From Balamuthia mandrillaris (taxonomy: Eukaryota), in assembly GCA_031835245.2 (NCBI GenBank), contig JAVKOQ020000061.1, forward strand, positions 186,001 through 227,903: a DNA stretch of 41,903 nucleotides, written 5' to 3'. Position numbers and translations under genes: made by a program. Below are positions 23,862-34,967 of the stretch, piece by piece. The notes beneath the pieces were generated by a model. That model was not told where the DNA came from, ran no database searches, and was given only the letters and a program-made list of their open reading frames with translations. The stretch's first letter is position 1, and each line of letters starts with the position of its first letter.

Positions 23862-24855
23862 AAGAAAGGCAGCGAAAGTACCTCCGTAGGCTTCCGGCAT
23901 GCGCTCAATAGAGTAACGATGCTGGGTTATGTACATGATAGGGACGCCAGGAACCTTGCGGATTCTCCGTTTGAGGTCTTTATCACATGTAGCCACGATA
24001 TAGCACTTATGCATCATGACCCGGTTTACAATGCAGTCGTCAGCGTAGGTGCCTTTGTGGGTACACGGAAGGCGCTCGAAACGAGGATCTTTGGCAATTC
24101 TATTGAATGATGTGGAGAGAAAGTGGCGAGGTTTGTTCAACAGAAATAGCAGAAGAAATAGCAAAGTGCGCGATATTGCAATGTACCTGAGGGCCACTCT
24201 GAACTTTTTGCCTAGTTTTTCCAACTCCGCCATGACGCAGTCCGTGATGCAGGGAATGCCTGAAGGGGTTGTGAGTCAAAACCAAGGTCAACAACATACA
24301 AAATGCATTTCCTATGCTTAAAACACTACATACACTTGGCGTAAAGACAGTCCATCATCGAAGAGACTATTTCAAGTTTGTTCTGAATGGAAAAGTTGAT
24401 GAAGTTCGTGTCCAAAATAACGTAGTAAGGTGGACCCAGTTGAGTGTTGTGTCGGAAGAACAGTGCCGAGGAGGCTTGTGGCCTGTGGTATACGAGTAAG
24501 GCGTTCGCTTTAAGTTGGTGGAGGATGGAGAGAAAGAGAGAGAGAAGAGGTATGTACACTGATTTCACAAGTTCTTCATCTTTCTTTTTGTTCTTCTGTT
24601 CCGCTTGTTTCTGTTCTTTGTGTTGCCTGGCGGCATCGGAAATAAAAATTACATTAGACTAAGAGGTTATAGAAGAAAAAGAAGGGAGCGTGGGCAGGTA
24701 GGTACAAGCGCTGGTCCTTGGGGCTAATCATGCGCTTCACCGCCGCAAATTTTCTGGTCTTCTTTGCTTTGCCCTACCACAATTATAATAAAAATAGCAA
24801 CAACGTTTGTCGGTATGCGTGACGAAGTAGCGGAGGGGAGGGGGGAGAATACCAT
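23718..24855 (-). CDS. FCF1: rRNA-processing PIN-domain protein FCF1/UTP24, multi-exon
   Basis: ATG-only first exon, then [83 protein letters not shown]. The last exon APAK* (23731-23718) is my best choice among several acceptors. Confidence 0.92.
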
Positions 24856-25100
24856 GTCGTAGGTTGGAGTGTAGGAAGGAAGGAAGGGGTGTGGCGGTCG
24901 GTGTGTGGGGGGCAAGCAGCTGTTGTCCGGCTGTTGTCTTTCTTTTTTCTTAGCTTACCTGAGGTAATAGGTAAACTTCCGTTAGCGCTGTCAATAAATA
25001 CAACCTAATAGCTTCTTGTCGGCAACCCCATTTTACATAAACCAAAATCGCCCCCTTGGCGCCAACCAGCAGCCAGAGACCCCAGCCGCCATCACCCAAA

Positions 25101-27817
25101 ATGTTTGTGGCACCGGGGCCACCTTCCGAAGGTATGTTCTCATCGTGGTGGTGGTTTTAGCTTGAGTTATTCTTATCCCGTAAGCGCTTTCTATCTTTCT
25201 CTATCACTCAACTCAGAGCTGGTGGAGCAGAGCAGCCAAGTCGAGCGAACGCATTGGAGAAGAGAGGTCCTGGCCAAGCATCCGCAAATAAAGGAATTAC
25301 AAGAAAGCCTGTATCCCTTGCATAGAGCCGCAAGCTTTGCGGAGCTCTATCAACCGGCTGGTCGCGAAAGCAAAGACCAAATTGGGAGAGAGACATTACT
25401 GCGGTTGATATTTCAACATTTGGATTATTTTGGATACACCCACAGCGCAAAGAAACTGGAACAGGAGGCCCTCCTTTCGCGTTTGTGCCTATTCTCTTCA
25501 CGCTACGCAATCTAGTAATTTGAACCTCCTATGTAGATCGCCCTTTAGAATGGAATACGGACAGCAGGCTAGATCATTTTCTCCGCAAAGGCTTAGCTGC
25601 CTGTGAGAAGGTTTACGACAACGCTTTGGGTCCGTATTTTCGCTACTGCCACCTTGGTAGAACGGATATGTGGTGTAGTGGTGGTAATTGTGTTTGTTGT
25701 CAAGTGACTATGAGGTGATTGTGGTTGGTAAGTTTGTGGGCCATGTGGTTGTATTGCAATTCTATAACAGGCTATGCCATTTTTACAGCGGAGAGATTGC
25801 CTACAGAGTCAGATCTCGAGGACACATTGGCGCACTTGGGCTTGCTGGAGGAAGAAGAAGGTTTGTTGCCCTCACCACACGAGAGGCGGGATGCCAGAGG
25901 AGGATGAACATTGTTAGGCTGATTACGAGGCCGCTTCTCATTACTGTGCAGAGGAAGAGGAGGAGGATATAAACATATGGGCCGAGCCTGATAACGAGAA
26001 TATCATTAAAGAGGAAAAGGAGAAGGGAAATGTTACCATAAAGGCAGCTTCCCTCAACAAATTGGTAGAAAAACTTACTTCAGAGGAATCACCCGGTATT
26101 TTTCCTTCCCTTTGACTCTTTCTCGGAACTCCAAATAGAACAAGAAGCAGGTGGATCCACTAACTCACCCTCTTGCCCGAATGACGATATCGTTGTCATC
26201 AGATTTGATGTTCGTGAAGACGTTCTTGATGACGTACCAGTCTTTCACCAGCCCCCAGAAACTGCTCACAAAGCTGTTTCAGAGGTACGATGTACCAGGA
26301 CAAAGCGCCGAGGAGAACAGCACCAAGACAGCCATCATCCAGTTGCGAGTAATTAACGTATTGAAGAAGTGGCTGGAAGAAAACTATTCAGATTTTGATG
26401 AGAAGATGATAACGTCTCTGAGAGAGTTCATCACGGAAACATGCCAACATACAAACCCAGCCCACTCGGACTCCCTTCTGAAATCTCTGAAGAAAGCACG
26501 CGACCCGCCGATAAAGCAATTCGACCACCCACCACCGGAACCCGTAGTCCTTTTCAAAAATATTTTCTCCCGCAACCTTACATTCAACGACATGGATGAG
26601 CTGGAGCTGGCAAGGCAAATGACTCTCATCGAGTTTGATATTTTCCAACAGATTAAGGTTTGCATCGTTGCTTTGTTGCTGTGTTCTCTACGTGTTAGTA
26701 TTATGAGTTTATTATGGTTACCATGCACACCCTACTTTAGCCGTCAGAACTACTGAAGTGTGCTTGGAGCAAAGCAAAACTCAAGTCTCGTGCACCGCAC
26801 GTCCTGCAGTTGAGCGATCGTTTCAACCGAGTATCGCTCTGGGTAGCGCACATCATCCTGTCCTGCCGGACTATAAAGATGCGCGTGAAGGTGATGACCA
26901 AGTTTATCAATATAGCTCAGGTTTGTGGTTTGCCATCCAACAGTTTAATACTATGTAATTGTGAGGAGGATAGCTAAAATATTCTTTGTGTGGGATTCCT
27001 CACCTCTGCTATTTTGAATCTATCAGCACCTCAAAGCCTTCAATAATTTCAATTCGGTAATGGAGGTGATGGCTGGTTTTAACTCAGCGGCAGTTCATCG
27101 ACTGAAGCACACCCGCGCTGCTCTATCTGAAAGGAGCAAGGAGGTATGGTGGCATAAATAATTTGCAAAACTTTGGTCTTTGATATTTACACTGTTTATC
27201 GGTTTCGATGATTCTATCAGTTGTTGGAAGAACTTGAGAAAACCCTGTCTGCTGATGGTGCCTACAAAAACTATCGAGATTCGTTATCACGGGTTGATCC
27301 TCCCTGTCTGCCTTATCTGTACGTCCCTCTGGCATTCCCGTTTGTGCTACACTAACCTAAATGAAACAAGGGGGGTGTTTTTAACAGACCTAACTTTCAT
27401 TGAGGAGAATCCGGACAAGGCACAAGGGCTTATCAACTTTGCCAAGCGGCGTCTTATCTACACGGTCATCAGCAAAATACAAACCTACCAACAGGTAAGT
27501 GGAGTGGTAAATCGAATTTTGCGTTTATACTTGCACAACTTCTACTTCCGTTATTGCGGAATTGCTCATGTTGCGTTGCTTTGGGTTGTCTCCACCAGAT
27601 GAGCTATAATCTGCAGCCAGTCCATCAAATCAGACAATTCTTACTGAACCTGCCCAATGTGGATGAACAGGTACGTGAAACTTAATCTTTTTGGGAGCTC
27701 AATTTTATAGTGTGAACAAAATAGCTCACATGGTCTTTAAATTCAATCCATCAGGAACTGTATCGCTTGTCGTTATTGCGGGAACCTCGCAATGCAGATC
27801 GTACCAGCATAGCTTAA
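25101..27817 (+). CDS. Ras guanine-nucleotide exchange factor (LisH + REM + CDC25 domain), multi-exon
   Basis: LisH-like [103 protein letters not shown]. Architecture like the amoebozoan LisH-RasGEFs. Confidence 0.92.
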
Positions 27818-27919
27818 TAGAAGCTTCTTTGCGAGGCAGAATAAACTAAGTAATGCTATTGTGTATTTTAAGTAAGGATTTCAGTCATCAACCACAAGCC
27901 TTTCTCTCCTTGCTCTGTT

Positions 27920-30539
27920 CTAAATGGTCATTTCGGTCATGTCTTCAATGAGTTCGGAAATACTTGGCTATGCATACCAATGCAGTGGCATTATTAATGA
28001 TAGCGTTAGTGATGAGATGCCATTTGACTTGATAAAAAAGAGACATAAAAATCTTACCTCAGGGAAATCGGTCTCACCAACATCGCTCTCCTCCTCTTCT
28101 GCAACCTCCATGCCACCAGCACCTGCTTTAGTATTAGAAGCTGTGCAAGACGAGTATTAGCATACTTTGACCCACCGTCACAAAAAGCGTAGGAATATAC
28201 CTTTGTAAAGGTTGACGGTAGAACGATACTCAGGGTCTTCCTCCAAATCTCGCAAAAATTGCTCATAATCGTGTCTGTGCAACGGGAAGATGAATCAGGA
28301 AACAAACGTAAAATCGCAATAAACCAACTCAAGAAATACTTACTCTGCTTTCATAGCGTCTGTCTTACGTAGCCCATCTTGTTCCTCCTTTTCCAAAGAT
28401 TTAAGCATCCAAGGACGGGGTCTAGACTTCCTTCTTCTGTTGGGATAAGTCTTCCTCACCAAAATCTGGGGCAAAATTGCAATTAATGGAAGAGAGGGAA
28501 GCGCAGTTGACACTCAGAAGACATGTAAACGTACCACATCAGGAAATTCCCGTCCTTGCATGCCCAATAGGTCCGACTCATTAAAGTTTGTAGATGTGAG
28601 GTCAAACCTGCGGGTATTCGATTTCCCACTGGCGGTCAGCAAAGAAAAATTACATATCAAAATGAGGGACTAGTACCCAGCAGCGGTGTCTCCCGGTTTA
28701 AGAAGGTGGCCTAAGTGAGTGCGAGCAAAAAATATAATATCATTACTGCCAAAATCGCGCGAGCGAGCGACCTGGGCTTCTGCGAGAACAAACTACAAGC
28801 AATAAAGTGAGAAAAAATACAAGAGTAGACTGAAAGAAAAGTAAGAAATTACCTTGCCGCGTGTGGGACCGATGGGGTTGATGTCAAGTACTATGTACTC
28901 CGTAAATTGATTTGCAGAAGCTAAAGGGCGAAAAGGTTGTTGCCAAAAAGCAGCAGCTGACAACTCAGCAACTTCAAAATAATATAAAACAGAGAATAAC
29001 ATATTATGTGAGATGATGGAAAGGCAAAAACAGCAAAGCGAAGATCTACCTTGCAGAGTATTTGGGTCGATTACGTGCATCAAGTTGGATACTTTGTAAC
29101 ATAGGACCAAGGGGCTGAGTTAAGGAGGGAAGCTTGTTAGCCCATCTTCATGAAGAGGTGGGCCAGAAATGTGCTTACCTGATGTTGCCAATGGCATGAG
29201 CTACTTTCTTCGGTAGGCACAGCAAATGATCCTACCACAACAATTAAAGCAAACAAAAGGTGAGAGGCGTGCTCCAAGCTAACAGAAAAGGTCGTCAGCG
29301 TACCCTGCAAACAGGGGTAATCTCTACGGAGAATGTATAATTATAGTTGTAGGTGTTGCTTTTAAGGTCGCTGGAGATGAGTTTTTCTGAGCACTTATAG
29401 CTGCAATGGTAATACTTAGCCAAAACACTCACCGCCCAGAAAGAAGAGTTTTTGAGTACGTTACCGAATGGGTACTATTGCTTGCAAAAAATCAACAAAC
29501 TTTGAGGCATGACTTCGGTGGCCAAAGAAGAAATCCAAACCATCCGGCTGCTCCTTCACTTTAATTGTTTGCAAATGAAGGCCGTGCTTCAAAATGATCT
29601 GTTCTAAATAATAGAACGTACGTTTGTGGTCTGTCTGTAGAGGTTACCACCGATACGGTTAGGCTTGGCCCTTGGAAAGGGGAAGAAGGGGAGCCAAAGA
29701 GAGAGTGACTAATAATAGGCACCTTTTGTCGGACTTGCACCACAGAAGACCAAGTGTGTTCAGTAAAGCTGGACTGGCAGCTGGGGCACTGTTGGTTTTG
29801 AACGATAAACTCAACAACAAAGACTTGCTGCAATATGGTGGAGGTGAACACCTGGTGTTGGAAGGAGGCGGGCGGTATGCAGTGCATCCGGTTCCGAACA
29901 ACAGGTCAGCTAACCAAGTTTGTTTGGTACAAACGGAGCAACAGGGGGGTTGTACCTCTTTCTGAACCGTCAGCTTGATCTTTATTCTCTTGGAGTGGGG
30001 TTCAGTCCAAATAAAACCAGCATCCACCAGTTTCACTTTCTTCAGTCCTTTGATTCTTTTAAGACAGAAGGTGAGGAGCTCCCGTGACTCGGGCTCGCAG
30101 TAGAGCCAAGTGTTGGGAGGACTCAAATATCTACAACAAGAAACGGTCAACAATGATTGAAAATAAGTTAGTTGGTTGGTGGGTTGGTGAGGGCCCGCAG
30201 AGAGGCAGAGCAGTTCCACTCCGCTTACCTTCCACAGTGGCGGCAGAAGGTGCAAGTTAATTGCTTGGGTATGCCGTCTGTGATGTCCACCTGCCCTCGA
30301 ATGCAGTTTACACACATGTTGGAAGGATTGGCCTCTATGGCTGTGCCGCACATACAGCACAGGCTGATGTGTGCACGTAATTGGTTAGTTTATAAAAGCA
30401 GCAGCACCAGCAATAGTACTAGAGAGAAGCAATGGATCGGCGCCACGGAAGCAGCCTGACCTCATTTAGGGGGGCCGCACATGGTAGTGGTGGTGTGCTG
30501 GAAGTGAAAGGGTTGTGCTCCGCCTCCTGTTGGCAACAT
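27920..30539 (-). CDS. NMD3: 60S ribosomal export adaptor NMD3, multi-exon
   Basis: CCMCGTAIEANPSNMCVNC, ESRELLTFCLKRIKGLKKVKLVDAGFIWTEPHSKRIKIKLTVQKEV, QQCPSCQSSFTEHTWSSVVQVRQKV. C-terminal PSISELIEDMTEMTI*, NES-like. Confidence 0.94.
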
Positions 30540-30928
30540 TGTTTCTTTCTTACCGCTTGGGGGAGAATGGATCAGTAGGCCGGCGGGTGAGTGGCAAAGT
30601 GAGTGAGGAACGGAAAGGAGGAGCAATGGGAAAAACAAGAGGAAAAAGAAACGAAGAAAGAAAAAAGAAAGAAGCGGCGGCGGGGAAATATTAAATGGGG
30701 GCAAATAATGCGGCGGGCAAATATATAATGGGGGGGGGGGGTGTCCCTTTTTTTCCCCCACCAAATTTTGCTGCGTGGCAATTTCTGTCGACTGCTTCGC
30801 TTTCCCCCGGCGCTTTAGGGGAGCCAAATAATGCGGCGGCGCTTCCCTCAACATTTCCCTGCAGCTCCCCTGCCCAATTGCTGCTCAGCGCTACACACGG
30901 AAGCAAAACAAGCAACACAGCTGCCATC

Positions 30929-32019
30929 ATGCACTACTACTCCAACCCAGGTTCAGAAGCAGAACCAGAGTTCGTTGAAGCTGAGGGAACGGAGGAAGAA
31001 GAGGTCTCCCGTCCCTTCACAAGCCGACGGGAAAACTTCTCCAGCCTTTCCCCTGCCTTGGTCTACCGTAAGCGGTATCGCGCGCTCAAACGCAAATTCA
31101 CAAGCCTTGAAGAGGTAGGCAGCCCCTACCAACCATACCCACCACGTAAACTCTTCTAACTGTCTGTGGGTCTGAAAGGAAAATGCGGAGCTGGCTGCTG
31201 AGCTCTTCAAGGCAAAGAGGCTGCTCTGTAGACTTCACAAACAAAAGGGCATCCTGTTGGATAAACTACTGGAATATGAGCGACCCGAGGACGCCTCCTC
31301 TGACACAGAAACAAGCCCTAACAGCGGAGACGACCAAGAAGGTTCAGAAGAAGAGTCTACACTACCGCCTTTTCGTCCGATTGCCTCTAGTGCGTCTACT
31401 GTTGCTTCGAATGCCTTTGTAAAGCCTAAAGCACCCCGCAAACCAAAGCGAACAAGGACAGGTATGCATTAGCCACTTTTTTTTCTGGTTGTTGGTTGGC
31501 TCTTTCCGGCTCATTTCCTTGTGTAATGTTTAGAACACTCCAGTCCTACCGCAACAGCCTCCTCCCTTGATAGCAGTGAGAGTGTAAGTTTGTGTGTGGC
31601 AGTAGTTAAGGATCGGCCTTGCAAAAGCAAATCACTTAGTGGATATAAATACTGTTGGGTAAGTTCTCGTCTTATGATTCCTGTGCTTTGATTATTGTAT
31701 TTTGATTGTTGTTTTGGTACCCCAGCACCATGCGCCACTTGATCCAAACTCTCCATTTATATGGTGTCAATACTTGGATCCTAGTAAAAAAAATAAGCAA
31801 TGCAGCATACCTGTTGCAAAAAGTAAAGGCCAGCCTTTTTGTAAGTATCACAGCAAACCAGAAGATAGTATTTTATCAGAAGACGACACCAATGAATCAG
31901 AGTCCCTTTCAGAACATGCTACAAAGTTAACAAAAAAGAAAGAGCAACGCAAAGAAGAAGGTTCCTTACCACCAAAAAAAGACAACTGTCAAGATGAAGA
32001 AGTTGATATTGAGTTTTGA
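30929..32019 (+). CDS. INO80E/TFPT-like coiled-coil protein with a C-terminal C3H zinc-finger-like motif, multi-exon
   Basis: YRKRYRALKRKFTSLEE|ENAELAAELFKAKRLLCRLHKQKGILLDKLLEYE resembles the INO80E N-terminal coiled coil. The last exon has WCQYLDPSKKNKQCSIPVAKSKGQPFCKYH. Confidence 0.7.
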
Positions 32020-32204
32020 ACTATTTGTTCTAAAATACAGCAACTTATTCATTCTATTAAAGAAAGAATATTGTCTGGCTCAATCAAATTTAACTTTCAT
32101 GGTAACATACCTTGAACTTTCTTCTCTTCATTTTGAATAACTTGAGCTTTGAGTAACTAAGGCGGCACCAAGATCAAGCTGATCAATGAGACACTTGGTT
32201 GCAC

Positions 32205-32820
32205 CGTTGATTCTGCCCAAATTAGAAAAGTACACAGTGAGCCAGTCTTTGGTTTGCACAAAGGTGCCAAACCAGGCCATGATTGTGATGAAGAGGTAAA
32301 GTGGTTCCTGCTTTCCATAAGTTCCATAAAGGCATAAAACTTTTTGTTTGAGGAAATGATATTAAGCTTGAGTCATGATCAAAGCGTCAGTGATGCTTGC
32401 TTTTTGCAAATAATGCATTAAGATTTCTCTCATATGCATTTTTCCAAGGTAAGCTAAGGCCTTGTTCTCTTTAGGAAAAGATTCCTTGGTTTTTGGTTTT
32501 GAATCTTTTTATATATAATTATTATTGCTTTGCTAGCAGCAAACCAGATTAGGCAAATGTAATCAGTGTGCCCAACTTTTTGTTCACTTTAAACAATGCA
32601 ATAGTGTGGAGGAGGCATTGCAAGGTTTATAAAAGGAAAGAAGTGATTATTTGCACCTTGTTTGTTTACATAAAGAAAAGTGATCAAAACGGTAACAAAG
32701 ATATTATGATAATCAATCACCAATAAACTTTTTGATGGTCCAGCACTTTGGAGAAGTGTGGTGATGAGAAAAAGGAATGAAAGCAGAGGCTTTGGCTTTG
32801 GCACAACGCTTGCAATGGCC
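32205..32820. pseudogene. Degenerate, internally rearranged relic of the same transposase family as 34968-37194
   Basis: Nucleotide similarity seen by eye. About 32210-32352 matches 36730-36880 in the same orientation, about 32355-32681 matches 36664-36330 inverted (including the intron), and about 32682-32817 matches 36131-36330 in the same orientation. Stops and indels throughout. Confidence 0.85.
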
Positions 32821-32966
32821 AATGCAAGCAAAGTTGTAAACAAGTCTGGAGATTATGGGCAGCAAGAGCAAGTTGGAAGCATGGAAGTTCTTCTGCATTT
32901 TATCAATCTTTGGAAGTAATGTAAACGTAAGGAAATGATAAGAGAGGAAAAGGAAAGGAAAGGATT

Positions 32967-33108
32967 GCTAGATGATATAAAGTTAGTCTGAAAGCTCATT
33001 CAACACCTTTCACTTGTGAATTAAAAAACAAGTGGATGAGGTGTTGTTATAAAGTTCACAAGTGAAAGGTATTGAATGAGCTTTCAGACTAACTTTGTAT
33101 CATCTAGC
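32967..33108. mobile_element. 142-bp foldback / MITE-like element with 54-bp inverted arms
   Basis: 32967-33020 is the reverse complement of 33055-33108 with 2 mismatches; 34-bp spacer. Confidence 0.75.
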
Positions 33109-33834
33109 TAAGCTCAGTTGTTGTCCAACCAAACATCTTCCATTTGTCAAGAAGCTATGCCAAAACTATTCTCTTGTTCCTCTTTCTCCTTCAACTGCAT
33201 ACCTATCAAGGCCTTGAGCTATGGCTTCCTGCTGCCTATTGATAAAGGAACCTGGAGCAGGACTGCCTTTGGTACTTTTTGCACTTTCTTCTACAATAAG
33301 ATTATTGATCTCCTAGTTGAGAGATTCAATCAGGTCCCTGAATCACTGAGAGTGAGAGTATGCCTACCTCAGAGAGCTTACAACCCTTGTGAGAAACACT
33401 GTAGTTACAATCTAACAGCAGTGCCACTTGACTGTTGGTTTGCTGCTTAATGTCATCTACACTTCCTCCAAAAACTGATTTAGGGTGTCCCCTTTGACAA
33501 AACACTCAGGTTTCAAAGCAGGCTTCCATGGATGATTATAGTTTAGAGTCCCCAGGACAAACAAACCTTTGATATATATGAGCACTATTAATAGCCAATA
33601 CTGTTAACTCGGACCAGTAACACAAGAATGCAAGAAAGTGAACAAGACCAAGGAATAGGCTTTAATGGAAAGAAAGTGTCATGACAGTGTGTGTGTGTGT
33701 ATGTGTGTTTGTTACTTGTTCCTGTTCCAAGAGAAAAAAAAAAGAGAGAAAGAGAAAAGAGTTCTTAATCCACTTCATTATGATCATCAAAGACAGGAGG
33801 AGGCTCAAACGGATGTTCCACATGAGTAGAAGAG

Positions 33835-34260
33835 GGGCTAGCTCTATTGAGAAGAGAAGAAGGCACTCAGTCAGGAATAACAGAACCAGTGACGTCTTGA
33901 AGAACATAAGCACCAGCATGATTCCTTTTCTTGACAACAAAGGAATTGTGATGCATGACCTTGTTGCACCTAACACAAACTCGGCAGAGTGCTGAAGGCA
34001 ATTGTGAAAAGAGGCTATCTTGTTGTTGTAATCACTTGTAGCTTCCTGAATAGCATAGGCCAGACTAGGGAATGGAGCTGGTCATTTTGGGAACAGTGCT
34101 CAGAACAAGAAACAAAAAACTTGTGTTGTTTGGTTGTATGAATGTTGACAACTGTAGGTTGACCAATTGCCAATGCAATGCATACTGTCATGCCTGAAGA
34201 CAAAAAAAACAAAGGTGTGGCCGAGGTGGATGTGAGGAACACAACAAAGTTGTCTATATG
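33835..34260 (-). pseudogene. Probable Ty3/gypsy integrase C-terminal relic
   Basis: Frame-shifted pieces TSATPLFFLSSG, LHSLVWPML and SFVVKKRNHAGAYVLQDVTGSVIPD*VPSSLL resemble the late integrase and GPY/F region of gypsy elements. Catalytic core not seen. Confidence 0.5.
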
Positions 34261-34728
34261 CTGTTGTAGCCCTTTCATGGCATTTCTAGTGTATTCTGTG
34301 GTTTTGTCTAACTTGTGCTGTTCTTCTTCTTTGGCAATGTGTTCAGTCTCAGGAAAGCTGGGGATGTCGAGCTCAAGTTGACAGGATTGTTGGAGCATGC
34401 AAAAGTACTCCTGTTGTGCCTTACAAAGCTGTTCACAGAGGGTATTGAGAGCGGCTGTGGCTTCCATGGTGTGGGTAAAAGAGGATTTAATCACTTATGT
34501 AAGCCAAAAAAAATGTTGGTTGAATCCAACCTCAAGAATAAAAGAGTCAGCAATGAGACAAGAAGTATATTCAAGAGAATAGAGGAAGGACAATGAGAGT
34601 GAATCTCCGATGTTGCTTCAAAGTACACTGAGAGAAAGGGGAAAAGGGAGAAAGGAAGGATGGAGAATATAACACAATACAAACAAAAAGGAGAATCTCC
34701 TTTTGCTATTCACTTGGATTATATGGCA

Positions 34729-34960
34729 AAAAAAAATATTTTTCAGGTCTTAAAAAAAATATTTTTCTTAAAAATTAATTTTCAATCAAAAAAATAATAT
34801 TTTTCCTTTAACAAAAATAATAAAAAAAAATGTTTTTTAATTTCTAAAAATATTTTTTATGGTTTGAGAACATTTTTTAAGTTCTAAAAATTATTTTTTA
34901 TAAAGCATTATTAAAAGACATTTAATATAAAAAATCTACTATTAAACATTAAACAAAATA
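34729..34960. repeat. Extremely AT-rich tract downstream of the transposase with an imperfect ~28-bp direct duplication
   Basis: ttttttaa(t/g)ttctaaaaa...tttttt at about 34833 and 34873, among alternating A and T runs. Confidence 0.7.
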
Positions 34961-34967
34961 CAAAGAT

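Noticed and set aside
23718..32019. Genome-wide UGA reassignment as the explanation for in-frame TGAs
   Set aside because: Host genes here appear to end on TGA (INO80E-like 32017-32019, FCF1 23720-23718), and the long APC1 ORF contains none internally.
33118..33995. 110-aa and 104-aa ORFs as genes
   Set aside because: No recognisable motifs; they overlap microsatellite and decayed element sequence.
34500..34960. Left terminal inverted repeat of the composite element
   Set aside because: No partner sequence is available inside the window, so no terminus or TSD can be supported.
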